A stretch of 51,846 nucleotides of DNA, counting the filler, from Bipalium vagum (taxonomy: Eukaryota), in the NCBI GenBank assembly GCA_037834085.1. It is 3 parts of 3 records of this genome, joined end to end, with 100 filler letters (N's around TTAATTAATTAA, not from the genome) between each part and the next. Parts side by side here need not be neighbours in the genome. Positions count along the whole stretch, not along the records: positions 35,015 to 51,846 come from JBBMKC010091185.1; 2 more parts are not named here. One strand, 5' to 3'. The position numbers and the translations under genes are program-made. This document shows positions 35,089 through 49,624 of this stretch, piece by piece (the first letter of the stretch is position 1; each line of letters begins with the position of its first letter). The notes under the pieces are model-generated. The model was not told the DNA's origin. It was given only the letters and a program-made list of their open reading frames with translations, and did no database searches.

Positions 35089-37155
35089 AAGATATTTAAA
35101 TATTAATATAAATTGTGCTTAATTTGATTTAACAGATCGATACAATACAGATTGCGTATTTTGTATCCAATTTTCAATGAAATAACATTTATTATATATT
35201 AATGTTCCATTATATGATAAAGACCTACCACGTTAGAATATCTGAAAAAACAATAACTCTCACAATCACAATAAAGGCAAAGGATTTTTTAATTATTTCC
35301 TCATTTAACGGAAAGCAATAAAAAATATTGAATTTTAAAGCAAGTCGCAGTAATCAATAATAATTTTATCACAAATAAAAAAGTTTATTCTTTTGGTGTT
35401 GTACTTAATTCGTCTGAAACGTAGCGCCTCTAGAATTATTTCCAAGTTCCAGAACTTTATTTTTAATTAAACTCTTTATTTTATTTTTTGATATTTGTGG
35501 GAGATTTGACATAATCCATTCCAACTGTTGGAAATAATCAAATATTCTATCCACAGAATCTTGCCATGGTGAAGGAGGCTTTCACATCTCATCTGCAACA
35601 GACGATGAGTTTTGTTAAAGACTTCATTGAAAGTCACTAAATTCTTCTTGGAAATTATGTTTGTAACACTCTCTTTAAACAATCTTAAATAAAGTCTTTT
35701 TTCTTTTTCTCCGAAAAATCACATTGTCTAGAAAATGTGGTATAAAGAAACTTAAATATGTTTCAGAGAATCGAAATCACATTACATCCTTATTCATTCA
35801 TCAAAGTATTATAAAAAATATCAGACTTTATTAATATTTTCCACCTTTTTATATCCACTTTATACATTGGAAAGATTCAAGTCGTTGTACTGTAATCAGA
35901 AAGAAATTAGAACTCCATAGTCAAAGTACTTCATTCACTTCTTATCATTATCATTATATCATATAAATAACCATATACCATTATAAATGATTATAATAAT
36001 ATTAATTTTACACTGTTCCATCATCGGTTTACAGAAAGAGATAATATTGTGTTACCACAGACGAAGAATCGTTAAATATGAAATAGGAAATATATATTTC
36101 CGGTATCCCATGTATTGATTTCATTTCAGAGATATTTCAATTGTTTTTTATCATTATAATTTATGCATGTTAATCATTTTCAGATATACGTACATGTTTA
36201 TTATGGCACCAAATTGTTTGTATAATATGTTTGATTCGACTCCTCAACCAATGTCGCAAATCTGCAATATATTGACTTCGATTATTCTTTCGGCACTTAA
36301 TTTTGCTATTATGATCTTCCTTTACACTACTGTACGAGGCCAAAAAGAACATGGATCCACAGTTTCATTTCATTATGAATTTCTATCGTTTTGGTATTCA
36401 TTCAATGAAAAATTCAATTTCAATTGTTCCTTTTCCATTAGCATAATTAAAACCAATTATTTTTATACTCCACACGCAATATAATAATAATGTATAATGA
36501 CACAGTTACTGATCCACTATACAAATGACCTTCAATAATCAAATGACACACTTTCAAGAACCTTTCGACCTGAAGGATCTCCTCGGAGTTGTGAACGTAA
36601 ATTTTTCTATAGTCCTCCATTTGTATACAATTTGCTATATTATGCAAAATCAATATTTTATAAAAGCATCTCCCTCCAGCTTCTGGTGAGCGATCAGACG
36701 CTTTCCTGACTTTGTGACCGAGACAATTTCAGCGAAGGCAAACTAATCACCGAATTTTGTATAACGGTACAGAGATTATTTTATTGATTTATTACACGAA
36801 AAAAATATTTCCCGTAAAAAATATTTCTATAATTAAAGCATTTAAAAATAAATTAAAATATTTATAATAATTTTATTAAAATTGTATTTTTTTTGTTTTT
36901 TGTTCCAATCCGTATCAACCCAGAACCCGGGTGTCAAAGTACATTCAAATATATTTTGTAATCAATAATTTTAACAATACTTAATTAATAATTAATTATT
37001 TATTAACTATTGATAATATCTTTTAATATTACTTTTGTTTAGCTTAATCAATGGATGGAAATAATAATAATAATAATTACCTGCCTAATGTTTATAGTAA
37101 TATTTTTCTTTATATATATTACATTATACCTGTGAGATATATTGAAAATTAGTCA

Positions 37156-37227
37156 GGAGATGTATGTCAGCGGTCAGAGAAGTGCATGCGCATGTGAAGG
37201 TCCCGGGTTCGAATCCCGGTATCTCCG
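37156..37227 (+). pseudogene. tRNA-like sequence (tRNA-Ala-derived pseudogene or SINE head)
   Basis: The acceptor stem GGAGATG/TATCTCC and T arm CCGGG-TTCGAAT-CCCGG are intact, and TTTT follows shortly downstream. The D stem is mismatched and there is no canonical 5-7-5 anticodon arm. Confidence 0.7.
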
Positions 37228-38753
37228 ATTAATTTTCAATTAACAACACCAAAGCTTCTTAATACCTTAAATAGAGCTTTTCCTAAAATATTATTTACCT
37301 GAAGGAACTAAGAAATTCGTAATAACACTTTCTGGTATGAAAAATTAACGGTATGGCGAGCTTCATATTCACAGAGCTCCTTGGTGAGCAGAAATAAGAA
37401 AGAGGGAAAAAAGTTTGAATTGATAAAATGAGAAACATTATCGTATTTCGGGGACCTCCGCAACTTGAATGTAAGCTCTATTATCTCTTTTTCTCAGATT
37501 TGATTTTTCAAATTGATTTTGAATCTAATTAAATATTTTGATTTCAGTTTTGATCAAATAATTTGGTGTTGATTAAAGAGAATTGATTAATTTTGATCTC
37601 TCTTACACTTTCATCTAACCAATCTCAAATATATTGATATTTATGTATTGATACTTAGTCAAACCATCTGACCTCTCATGAAAACTTGGTTGTATGTAAG
37701 AACTTTGTTAATGGCACCACAATGATATTACAATATTTCCAAATCTCAAGTACCTTCCACCAAGTGATACATTGGCCATTTCTCGACTCTATTGATAATA
37801 GTAAATATGATAGAATATTTAAGCAAGTAATGTTCAGACCACTTAACTTGCAGTTTAGTTTTATCCATCATAGGAAAACATTGTCGAAAAAATCAAACAC
37901 AGCTTCACAATAAATCTTAATTTGTTACACCAGATTAACAAAGACATAATCTCTGGTTGCAAAATCGTGGAAAAAGCAACTTTAAATCATTTCAGTTGAA
38001 ACGACTCAATCCATAAAACTTTCGTAAAATAAAATAGTATTAATATAAACAAAGACAACGAAATCAAATTCCAGGAAAATAAAATAAATGAAATCTCACC
38101 GAGATTGGTAAAATAAAATTCATTCCTGGACTGCCAATCAAGTACCTATGGTTTGCTAGTAGGCAGTCGAACCCCACACGTATAATAACTTTTACTTATT
38201 TCAATTCCGGTCCCTTGTTTCTCTGTCGGAGATCCTACGGTAACTCGTCATTTGTCAATCTCAATCTGGACCTGAACTCTTTCCTTGATTGACATTCTCA
38301 TCATGTGTGCCATTTGTCAAACTTAAATGAAACAAAAACCTAAACTATTCCCCTCTACACTGATGACAGGTTTTCAAAACTTTCTCGACCATCTGAAATA
38401 AATCATAAAGTTTCTGATTTTGTGAAGTAACTGGTGATCTATTTTTACAGAATTTTCTAAAGAAACCCAATCAATCCGCTTGTTTGTTTGTTAATTATTG
38501 TTTGTTTTTTATTATTACCTTTAATACTTGGCATATTCCTACCAGAATACCTAATTACCTCATTTGCCGGTGCTCTGCTAAATTTAAAAATTGATCAAAT
38601 AAAATAATCTTTATAATATTTTTAGTTAGGATTTCTAAAATAAATATTATTTTTTTCATTTTTTAAAATCGGTTTCGAACATTCACCAATGAAATTAAAA
38701 TGTTCAGTAAAATTCAAAAACTATGTCTGCTTTAGTGGTAGCTCAAAATATAA

Positions 38754-39577
38754 TGTTAGGTTAGCTAAAGGCACGAACCGAAGAAGCCACTAGGGGTCTG
38801 ATTTTATAAAAATAATAAAACGACTTTTAATAATAATTATACAATAATAAAAAATATATTGATAAAAAAGGTAATAACTAAAATTGATTTTATCCACCGA
38901 AATTAGGGCCGGAAAATTAATATAGTTTATTTTTAGAGATACTATGGGAAATAAACTTTCTGACAGTAGAGATTAGTCGTCGTCTGCAGTATCTCTATTT
39001 CTATAAGTCAGAATTTCTTCAGTAATTGCCTGAGAAAGGCACTTTTTTTAAGATTCTCTGTAAGTTTTTAGTACTGTTTATGTAGCATGATTATGAAATG
39101 GTTTCGTTTATTCGAAAGGACCCAAGGACTTTAGAAATCAATAGGCGACCGTTCAGGGTCTAGCTGCCAACCCGAGGATCAATTGATAACTCTGATGAGG
39201 CTATTATTGATTGTTTATTCATTTTCTTTTGCTTATTATTTTAAAAATTAATTTAAACATTTTTTTACTTTATTGATCATCAATTATCTTCTTTCATTAA
39301 TTCATAAAATTAATTAATCTTCATTATGACCTAAGACATTGATTGTAATTTTGTATTTTATGCAGACATTGTTTTATTGTGATTTAAAGACAATGAATTC
39401 TTATTTATTGATATTTTGTTTTGTGGTAAAAATAAAGGTTATTGAGATTAATTTGATTCTTAGAGTAAAGTATATTTTGATTGTTTTCATTCATGAACAC
39501 AGTAATAACTATTATTAATAAATGAGGGATCTGTAAATTAGCGATTATAAAGTTATATTTTCAGTATAATATTAACA
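38754..39577 (+). mobile_element. Solo LTR-like element, family B
   Basis: It starts TGTTAGGTTAGCTAAAGGCAC and shares internal blocks with 11867-12766(-). It has AATAAA and ends TTAACA; the right end is approximate. Confidence 0.6.
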
Positions 39578-42500
39578 ATATTCTGATTTACGTTATCCAT
39601 AATTTTTTTATAATTTCTTCATTATTGATTTTATTTTCAAGTAAAAAAAGAATATCCTTACATTTTGATTTCACAGCGTTAGTAACTACCACAATATCCC
39701 TATTGTTTGAATTGATTAGGTTTAAGTTTAATGTAATATTTATTTATGAAAATAATTAAATAGTTGAAAAGTGCTTTCCTTTATTTATTATTATTTAGAT
39801 AAATTAACTATTTATTTTAATTATGATTTTAATTAATTATTTATTTTAAAATCGTTAATTTTAATATTTATTCAATTATTTTTTAAAATCAATTTTATTA
39901 ATTTATATTTAACTTTAAATTATGATTTTGTTTAATTCATTACTTTACGATTTATAATATTTAGTTTTTAATATTAATTTAAATTAATCCTTCCACAAAG
40001 ACTTCCATCAAATCTATTATATTACCATTTCATAAATAATTATTTATAATTAGCAGTTTTTTATCTCTTTTTTATCTTATATAACCTTCGTAATATAATT
40101 ATTGTATTTTCTACAAATATTTTTTATTTTCTATTCGTCCATGAACTTAATATTTCAGTATTATTAACAAATAATAATATAATATAATATAAACAAAAAT
40201 ATAATTCTTATTATTTTCCATTTGAAGAAGGATAATAATAAAGGTAATATTTTTTTATTTTATAATCATTAACTTGCTTACTAATATATGCATCCATTAT
40301 TTTTGTTCTCAATTAACCCTAACCTCTTCCAGTAATAGTAAAAGTAATGAATATAAATTCAAATGGATAAAGTTTGCCTGTATCTTTTTTCTTAAAATTA
40401 ATTACATTAATTTCAACTGTTAATGTACTTCCGGAATGAAAAACTCAAAAATTTTTATTAAACAATAAAGTACTTTTGGATTGTAACAGACCATGTGATG
40501 AATTATTTTGTTTTAATTAACGCTTATTACATAACACTAAAAACGATCAGCATAATCGATGCTACTTTAGACTTGTGATTATGTTTTTATGACTCATGTT
40601 TATATGATCTATACTTAACAAATGTCATACGACGTGTACATAAAGTTTGGTGCAAGAAGTATGTCTACTAAAAGAAAATAAAATTGACATTTTATTTGAT
40701 TAGAACATCTTTAGTTCCATTTCCATGATTTTTTACAAACAAGCGAGCTGTGATCCTCTTCAGAAATGGTGTGTTTTCTATCTTCGCTGCTGTCCTGTTC
40801 TCTTTATTCGTTAAATGGAGAACTGTTTAGACTTAATTCAGAAAGTTACATTATGAAATTATAAAAATGATCATTTCACGCAAGAAAATTTATTATTAAT
40901 GAGTGGGGAAATGGTCATCATTTAGCATTTCATAATAAGAACTAGGCTATTAAACACTACGATATTTTGACAGTTCCGGTAAGAAATTGTTAAAACTTAC
41001 ATTCAGAAGTACAAATTCTCTAAACTCAAAACATTACTGTCACAGGGTACTTATTAATATATATGAAGAGAATTTTTAAATTTTATTAATATTCATATTA
41101 TTATTATTTATATTAATATTATTATTATTTATTATTATTATTTATTATTACTATTTTATTAACATTATTCATAACATTTATTAATAAAATGTCATTATTA
41201 CTGTTATTATTACGGTTATTGTTATAGTTCCTGCTGCTGTTATTGTTATCACGATGACCTCTGGAAGTAACTGATTGACAGTTCATTAAAACAAACTGGC
41301 ATGTGATAAATTGTCAGCTGAAATGAACATGATCGTTAATAATTTATATTTTACAAAAAAACTTTTAGTGATCCCAATTTTTGTAAGTTTCTTAGTAGAC
41401 CTAAAGTAAAATCTTAGACCAAGTGATTATAATTATATTAATCAATGATACCTATTTATGTATTGATTACCAATAACCGATAGGTTGCTGAAAATTCGAT
41501 AATAAAAATGAAATAATTCGAATTTTTATTTAAAAATAATCTTTGCAAAATTACATAATCTCTTGAAAATCCAATTTGCTCGATTCAGTGTTTCTCAAAT
41601 AATGTTATTATACCTTTGAAATGCAAATCGTAAGGTCTGTTAAATTATATCTACTAGTTACACTTTATTGTAAAAGCTTACTATATTTTTACACATATAA
41701 TAATAATAATAAATTTATATATTATATTTATATTTATTTTATCATATTCTGTAATAATTTCAGTGTCTTTCACCTCAGTAATTAAATCCATAAAGAGTTC
41801 TTATTTATGTTTGATATTTGGTATTATACATCCTTTTGATTAACAATTGTTAAATTAATAACTGATCAAGTTCTTATGGCTCTCACTATCAATTATATTA
41901 AGTCAGTAAAATACAAGTCACATCACAATGACCATCAAATCTATTCTGGTATTTTTCATTAATTACAAGAGCTTACAAAATTAACAACAAGGCCAAGGTT
42001 ATTTATTATTTGTTGGTAATAACACTTGTCTATTTAAGATAAAATGAAAAGGAAGAAAGAGAAGAATCTTTGATTATTAAAAATTGTGTATTATTTTGGT
42101 ATGGGACAAAAATAGAATGTACCACTAAATGTTATATAAAAGCTAAAGGACTTTTGAGGAAACTAAATTAAAAAATCTTTCTGTCTCGAGAACTCCACAA
42201 TACCCTTAGATCCGACATGTTAAGATTCCATGCAAATAATCTTTTTATAAAGTAATATAAAGCAATTTGCAGCATGATTCTCTTCTCATCCATTCCTTGT
42301 ACATAGGGATAATTTATAAATGATTTTCGAAAATGTTTACGTAATTTTCCTCTTCACATAAATCAGATTGTTCTCAGGACTCGTACGGAGCTCGGAAAGT
42401 CACAGTTGGAAAAAGAAAATAATAAATACTGAAATATGTTAAATTAATTACAGTAATGACATTGGTGTCATGATTAATATTTGCTCATCCTGAAACACGT

Positions 42501-43199
42501 ACTACGGAGGCAAACGTGTCTCAGAATAAAATTGACGTAGCAAATTAGGAAAGATGAGCGAAAATTAGCGAAAGCAGGCTAATTGCAGGAAGATCGTTGG
42601 GTTTTAAGAAGTAAGTCTCAACACTTCAAAAGGACTGAAATATTACAGCTCTATTTTGCCATGAAAAATAGAACTGGTTCAGTTATTCGTATCGAGTTTG
42701 GTTTCAGACTCCTTTGGATAACATTAGTAATAATGAAAAAAGAGTATATATTTGTCTTTTTAACAATTTTGACTGAAATTTCCTAATTGGGTAAGCATAG
42801 CAGAAGAAGAAGAATGTGAAGGCCTACGACTACACGTTATGATTAATCACATTTCAAAATTCTATTAGAAATAATGATTAGGTCGTTTCAATAACCTTTT
42901 ACTTTCTTTTTTTATTTATTTACCTTATTTACTTAAATTTACTTTCCTAAATGCTTCTTCTCATTAAAACTTGACGTTGAAGCGTATAAAATGGCATTTT
43001 TGAATCGATTTTTTATGTGAACATTACGTAAGAGAATGACTAAATATTTTTATTTGTTAAAATAAGCTCTATCAGTTTCATGAGAGTTCTATCAGCGCTT
43101 GCAGGTGCATAAATCCCAGATGTAGAGAAATCTTGATTTTTACGTTCAGAAAAATATCCCATAGCATATTTCATGTCTGCTTGATCAGCAAATTCGTGT

Positions 43200-43420
43200 A
43201 AATTTCTAAAAATCAATTATTATTATTAATGTTTTTCGATACATTTTATAGCCCAAAGCTGTTTTTGGTTTACCACGAGGATCATTTATGATGGAGTGGT
43301 TTGTATCAGCTAAATTGTGCAAACCAGTTTCTAACAGTGATTAGAAATTGGCCCATTTTCACTCACTTTCCAATACTTAAATATAAAACTCATTTCTTCA
43401 ATATTCATGTTTTTAGAGAA
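43200..43420 (-). mobile_element. Short mariner HTH remnant
   Basis: The minus strand reads TVRNWFAQF...INDPRGKPKT. Confidence 0.4.
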
Positions 43421-43779
43421 ACTTTAAATCTTCTCATCATTTCTGAAATTTTGCACTTAGGAGATATTTATATTATTAATTATTTAAATAATTCAGTCAT
43501 CAAAATTTAAAGAGCCACTTATTTTATTTTTCTGTTATACGAAAATTCAAAACTGCTCCTGACAATTAATAGGAAAATATTTTAAAAATAGTAATTTAAT
43601 GTATCATTTATTTTATGAAAATCAAAAGAGGTTATATTATATTATAAATACGTATAATAATAAATAAATACTTATATCTCAAAATTGTTGAGTTTTATAA
43701 TTCTTAATATTATATATAATTATAATAAATTAGGTTTTTTGCTTAAAAAATGGTATTTATGCTGTTAATAAATTTGCAT

Positions 43780-43925
43780 CAAAATAATAAATAACATAAA
43801 TAAATAAAAGGATGAGATAAATAAACAAATAAAATAAATGAATAAAATAAATAAATAAACACAATAAATAAATATATAAATAAAATAAAATAAATAAATT
43901 TAAAATAAATAAGTAAAATAAAATA
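43780..43925. repeat. Low-complexity (AAAT/AAAAT)n tract
   Basis: Degenerate AAATA repeats are directly visible. Confidence 0.8.
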
Positions 43926-46900
43926 TTGTCATTTAATTAATTATAATTATTAATATTTTAAAAATTAGTAATAATTTTAAAAATCAATTATTATTGTTTT
44001 TTTGATAAATAATGATATCTCAAAGTTTTATTTTAATGATTTTTTTGCATTTTAAATCAATAAATCTTGATTTTAATTATTCATAACAGGCACAACATAA
44101 CTATAATTTTAAAATTCTAGAAAGCAGCATGATGAACAGTTATATAACAGTTCTTCATAAAAATTATATTATTACTTTCAGGTTCTTTTTTTTAATTGAG
44201 TATTGTTAAGAACTAAGGTTTCCAGTGTTTCATATAATAATGCTCCTATCAAGAAATGAAATTCCATTACAGACATCGATCAAAGTTCAATGTAATCATT
44301 TATTTTTTATCTCTGATATTTCATAATACCCTTTGCTCTCGAAGTGAAAACTATTTTTTCTACCAAGATATCTCTAGCAGACCTAACTCAGAATTTAACT
44401 ATTAATAATAATTATTTCAAAATTTAATTTCAATGCAAAGAAAGAAGAGAAAACTAAAAGAATAAAAATGTCATCCTTTTTTCGCTTGCTGAAATATCAC
44501 TGTGAAATATAACTGAATAAGAGCTCAATAAAGCGTACCTTATTTGTTTTCAACCATTTTATGAATATGAAAATACTTTTTGTCAACAAAACGATTTTGT
44601 CTCATCTCTCAATGTACATATGCAATGATAGATTGACGTTCAAATATTAAACAACCATCACGTTAAATAAAACTCTCATACTTTAAAACAAAGTTGATCT
44701 ACAAACCCGTTGACTTTATAACAAAATATAAATGTTGGTTTTAGAAATGTAACCGGATCAAGGTTTTGACAGCTAATGTCAACATCAGATCAGATAAAAG
44801 TGAAAGATAGTAAATATTATTTTACTCCTAACAAGATTTTGAGTGGCCTAATCACCGTGACAAGCTAAAACAAAAGTAACAAAAAACCACATAAGTTATA
44901 AGGGTAATTAATTAATTATGAGACTTTATAATTAGGTTATGTACAAGAGAATTTTATTTCCACGTAAAATGATTGAGACTAAATGTAAAAAAGGTTTTAT
45001 TAAAAAAATTTAATAAAAATGGAAAATAATTAAGGAATTTCAGAACAATTTTTTATTTAAAATTCTTTTTGCAATTCAATTCCAACTTTTTATTCACAAA
45101 CTTAAAACGATACCGATTAACGTTAAACAAAAAAAAGAAGACTTAAATTTGATTTCATCGATTTTTCTTTCTTTAATTTCTGTTTATATCATAAAAATTA
45201 ATAATACGACATTTTCACATTATTATAATATTGATTTCTAAAAATTGATTAAAAGTTCAAGTCTGTTAGCTTAGCTATATAATAAACAGTTAAATAATGA
45301 CATTTGAGGAGATTCCTTTCTAACAACTTTCATTGTATTAATGGGTAATAACTTTTAATGTAATTCTATTAATACTGAAATTTCTTAGAGTAAATAATAT
45401 TTATACTATTATAATATATAATATAATATAATATAATAATTATTATAAAAGACATTTTTATACACAAATCTAATCGAAATTCTAAAGAAAAAAGTATTTT
45501 TGGAATGCCAATGGGTGCACAATGGTAATTTTTTGAAAAAATCAGTTCAGGATTCAGCGTATCACAGAAATTAGCTTATAATAGAATCGATAAATATAAA
45601 AATAATTAAATTTCTAAAAAAATCGTTTTATTTGCCAAATTCTTACGTTAGCCAACCGTCCTGTTGTGCTCGTTTTATTTTTGTGAGTTGACTGAAATTT
45701 AACTGAAATATTAGAACATTTATAAACTAGTTGACGATCTTCTCCTATTCATTTAATATAATATAATAATATTGTGGCAAAGGAGTCAAATCACTTTGAA
45801 ACGAAGTAATCTAATAAGCTTCTCATCCCACATTATCATTTCAATCTAAAAATATTTATTTATTAAAGAAGTATTTATATTATGGAAATATTTACTCTGA
45901 TGTGAGGAGAATACACCTATCCCTTATGCAGTAATTCCAGTGAAAACAAATCTTTATTTTAATATATTAAGTGGATTTTTACAACAATTTCGATTTTCCG
46001 ATTTCGCTTATTTCTATTAATTCTCTTTTTATTTATTATACTCAACCGAAGAGGTCAAGTAACATGTGAGACCTGAATGAAAAATATGAACATTTTCATC
46101 TTGACAACATCTCTAATCATTTGACTTTTGGATTGATTATTCCTGTTAAATTTTGTAGGTATTAAAAGTTTAATCTATTGCACATAAGTTAATTAACGTT
46201 ATTTTTTAATATTAGATAATATATTATTAATATATTGATTGATCGAGTTATGGAATTTCACCCTTATTTTCTATTTAGATATTAAAAAACCAATAAATCA
46301 ATAAAATCTAAATATTTAATCAAAAAAAGAATTTAAATATAAATTTTTAAAATATTTTCTCATCATTTTTTTCACACTAAAACGCTCTATCATATTTCAA
46401 TTACGTACGTTTTCATTCCCCAACGTAATAATATGCATTATTAATATAATATGATTATAAACTCCCACGGTGCACTGTTCAAGAACTAAGTTCAACATTT
46501 TAATAATAGTACATGTTTCATTGATTTTCATATATATAATAATATAAATTAAATATCTCGATTAAAAAATATTTCATGTCACACACAATTGGAACACTTG
46601 ACCAATTTGACATTTTTCAGATTTATTTATTATTAATAAAAAAAATTCAATATGAATTCATTCAATTACTTTTAATTTTAATTTAATCTCCAGAGACACC
46701 AGCTTAAATTCGATGAAAATATTTTTTAAAAAATTGTCCAAAAAACCAATCTTGATTTTCCATATTTTTATTTTTAGTTTAAATTAAAACAAAACAATTT
46801 TTGTAAAACGTCTTATAATATCAGAACGAGTCTCTGTCTAAAACTTATTAAATTTACAATTTTTATTTTATTTAAAATAAAAAAATAAGAGGATTTCCAT

Positions 46901-48779
46901 AGTTAAGTCTAAAGATTAAAACAAAGCAATTTTATTGGATATAAATTTAATATATCACGAGTGGGAAAATGTTTCAGGTTTATAAATATTTACTTTATTT
47001 TAGGCAATTGGTAACAATCCTAATACAGATCAAAATTGCCCTGAATCGATCTTGGCGCGGTTAATTTTTGCTATGTTAATTTATTACTTTTCTCTAGCTT
47101 TTCATTGATCACATATTGTATTAACTTGAAACCAGTAATTATTTTCTGTTGTTAGCTCTACAATCGATTCACCAGATCATTATATGTTTTGTTATTTTAT
47201 TTTTTTCCATTACCTTAATCCCTAGATTCTAAAAGCGGTCTGAACATTTTATTTTTAATCTGTTTTTTATGTTACTAGAAATTCACTTCAGACTTCATTA
47301 ATTTTAATAGTTCAAAAACATACTAGAAACATAAAAGAACAATGGCTCTTTACAATAAATGGAAATTATGGGCAAACTTTTCTGCACCTAAAGCAAGATT
47401 AGCTAGAAAAAAGTTCGCGACATATTGTTTTATTATTTACATTATCAATACTTTTTACCTTTAATAGTTATGGCTCTTATGGAGAACAGCATATTAATTA
47501 CTTTTGCATTTTAGCCTAATTAAAGAACAAAAAGTATAATTTTATTTTGAGTGTTTCTCTTGCAAGAGCAACTCAAACATTTTAAAATCGAATTTTTCCT
47601 TTTTTCTTAATGACATTGTCCATACTGTGATAGATGAAATTTTGTTTATCTTGCACTATTGATCCGAATATCGGTTCATTAGATCTTTCTCATTTTTCAA
47701 CGCTGAAAAATTTGTTTTTTATTTCATTTTATTTTTTCATTATTTATTAATATAATTAAGACATTATATATATTTTCATTTTATAAACATTAAAAAAAGA
47801 ATTTATAATTATTTCTTAAAAATATCAAATGATGTTTACATGGTACCATTTATAATGTTAGCTTAAAAATATGAGTTTAATAACTTTGATAAAAATAGGC
47901 GGTCGAAAATGTTTGGCGCGAAAGGTGTAATATTACATAATTTAAATATAAACTGTAAAAATAATTTAGAATTTACTTCAACACCAGCACAATAAATTAA
48001 TCAATATAACAATGGTAATCTATATATAATCTGTTTCGATTCTATAAATATTATTGAAATTATTATTATAATTCATAATTTTCTTTTTATAAAGCCTCAT
48101 TAATTTTGTTTACTATTTTTAATGCTATTTCCTTTCGTTCTTCATGCTGGTGAATGCAACGGATCAGACTTCATTTGCAGAGCAATTGGTTTTTTTTTTC
48201 ATAATAAACATTTATTTTTTGGAAACTTAATTAAGATCGTTATCACTGAGTTCAATTTATAATTTCACGATTGAATCTATTTTTAATTTTATTTTTACAC
48301 TATAATAAACTTAAACAAAAAGTTTTTGTTGTTTTCCATTATGAAAACGGAAAATATTCATTTTTATGGTTTATTTCCCAGAACAATTTCAACGAATAAT
48401 TCATCAAAAAAAATTAATTAACACAGACATTTAAAGAGGATATAATTCTGTTGGGAAACTACTTTTGATTTGTTAGAAACGAAAGAAAAAACCTGATAAT
48501 TATTTCCCATTTAATTTCAACTAATGTCTGCAAAAACTGGAATTCCAAAATTATACCTAACTATTGGGCGGGAGAAATTGTTTTTCTCAATTTGATAAGA
48601 CAATTGAAGTTGAATAGAAACAGTATAATAAAAATATTTATTTAGGCCACAAATTCACCTTTTACATAGATAATCGATAATTGTTAATAGAGATATTTTA
48701 TCATTGAAAAATTTCCTAGATTTTTCCATAAACTTTTTCGTGTTGATGAAAGTTCTGCAGAGATCTAAGTAAATAATAA

Positions 48780-49110
48780 TCCAACGGTGGATACATCAAT
48801 AATTCCCAATCAAACTCGTTTAATATTTGCTGGGACTTGAGCGATGTGTGCGGTATGGCCTTGTCCTACGGAAACTGCTTATATGTCGATCTATTTTTAT
48901 TTCGGTAAAGATGTCATCAATATTTTTCAATGACTGGTCACCCAGATTTAGGTGCGTCTTCGGCATCGAAAAGTCAGAATTAAATCAATATTTCTGTCAT
49001 CTCCATAAATTTAGAAAATGTTTTCTCGAAGCTAGTGTAACTTTGCTGTTGTTATAGTAAAAATATCCAAATTATTCTTTTGATTTTGTGCTTAGTTTTC
49101 TTAAGAATCG
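48780..49110 (-). mobile_element. Internally deleted mariner remnant
   Basis: FDAEDAPKSG*PVIE...EIKIDRHISS is joined directly to RPYRTS...EFDWELLMYPP. Confidence 0.7.
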
Positions 49111-49340
49111 TACAAATTTAAAAAGGGACAACGTCATTGAAATATCCGTACGTACTGGATCCAGGATACTTACTCAAAACTTTTATTTTCAAATTTTCGC
49201 AAAAAATATAATACTGAATTTTTTATGAAATATGAAAAAAGTGCCCACCCGATATCACCTGACAGACATAAAAAACGTGAGATTTTTAATAAATAAATAA
49301 AACTGAACTATACCAACACAATGACAAAAACCAGACTAAC

Positions 49341-49542
49341 GTGTATATCGAACTCCATATTTCATTTCGTGCATATATTCCAATTCGGTTTTGGAACCGT
49401 TCAGATTGATGACGGACGACTGTTTGAGAACGGATCCAAAGACATTTTGGATCAAAAGACAAAATACCAGAGAAAAGTGAATTTGGCTGCTGAACTGATG
49501 GAATCGATGGAACATTATTGATCGCTGCGCTGAAAAATGCAT
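49341..49542 (-). CDS. Possible first coding exon of an unknown secreted/membrane protein
   Basis: The translation M...MFHRFHQFSSQIHFSLVFCLLIQNVFG-SVLKQSSVINLNGSKTELEYMHEMKYGVRYT has a signal-peptide-like segment and ends at a good donor (C|GTTAGT at 49340). Downstream exons were not resolved. Confidence 0.35.
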
Positions 49543-49624
49543 GCCTGCTCGAATGAACACAGAACCGATTCACTGATATAAAATAGCTGATCGAGTCGTA
49601 TTTGTCAAGGGCTGGTTGCAATTC

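Noticed and set aside
35476-36653. ORFs 35476-35682(-), 36167-36484(+) and 36447-36653(-)
   Set aside because: They have no recognisable motifs or consistent splice structure and were left unassigned.
39191-39215. CTGATGAG as a hammerhead core in an LTR-like element
   Set aside because: No stem II-GAAA follows, and the homologous copy at ~12215(-) reads CCGGTGAG.
49321-49560. Plus-strand ORF and a DRCAEKC / WN..D pattern suggesting a small Tim chaperone or TRP channel exon
   Set aside because: The motifs fall in frames interrupted by stops, with no twin CX3C and no splice support.
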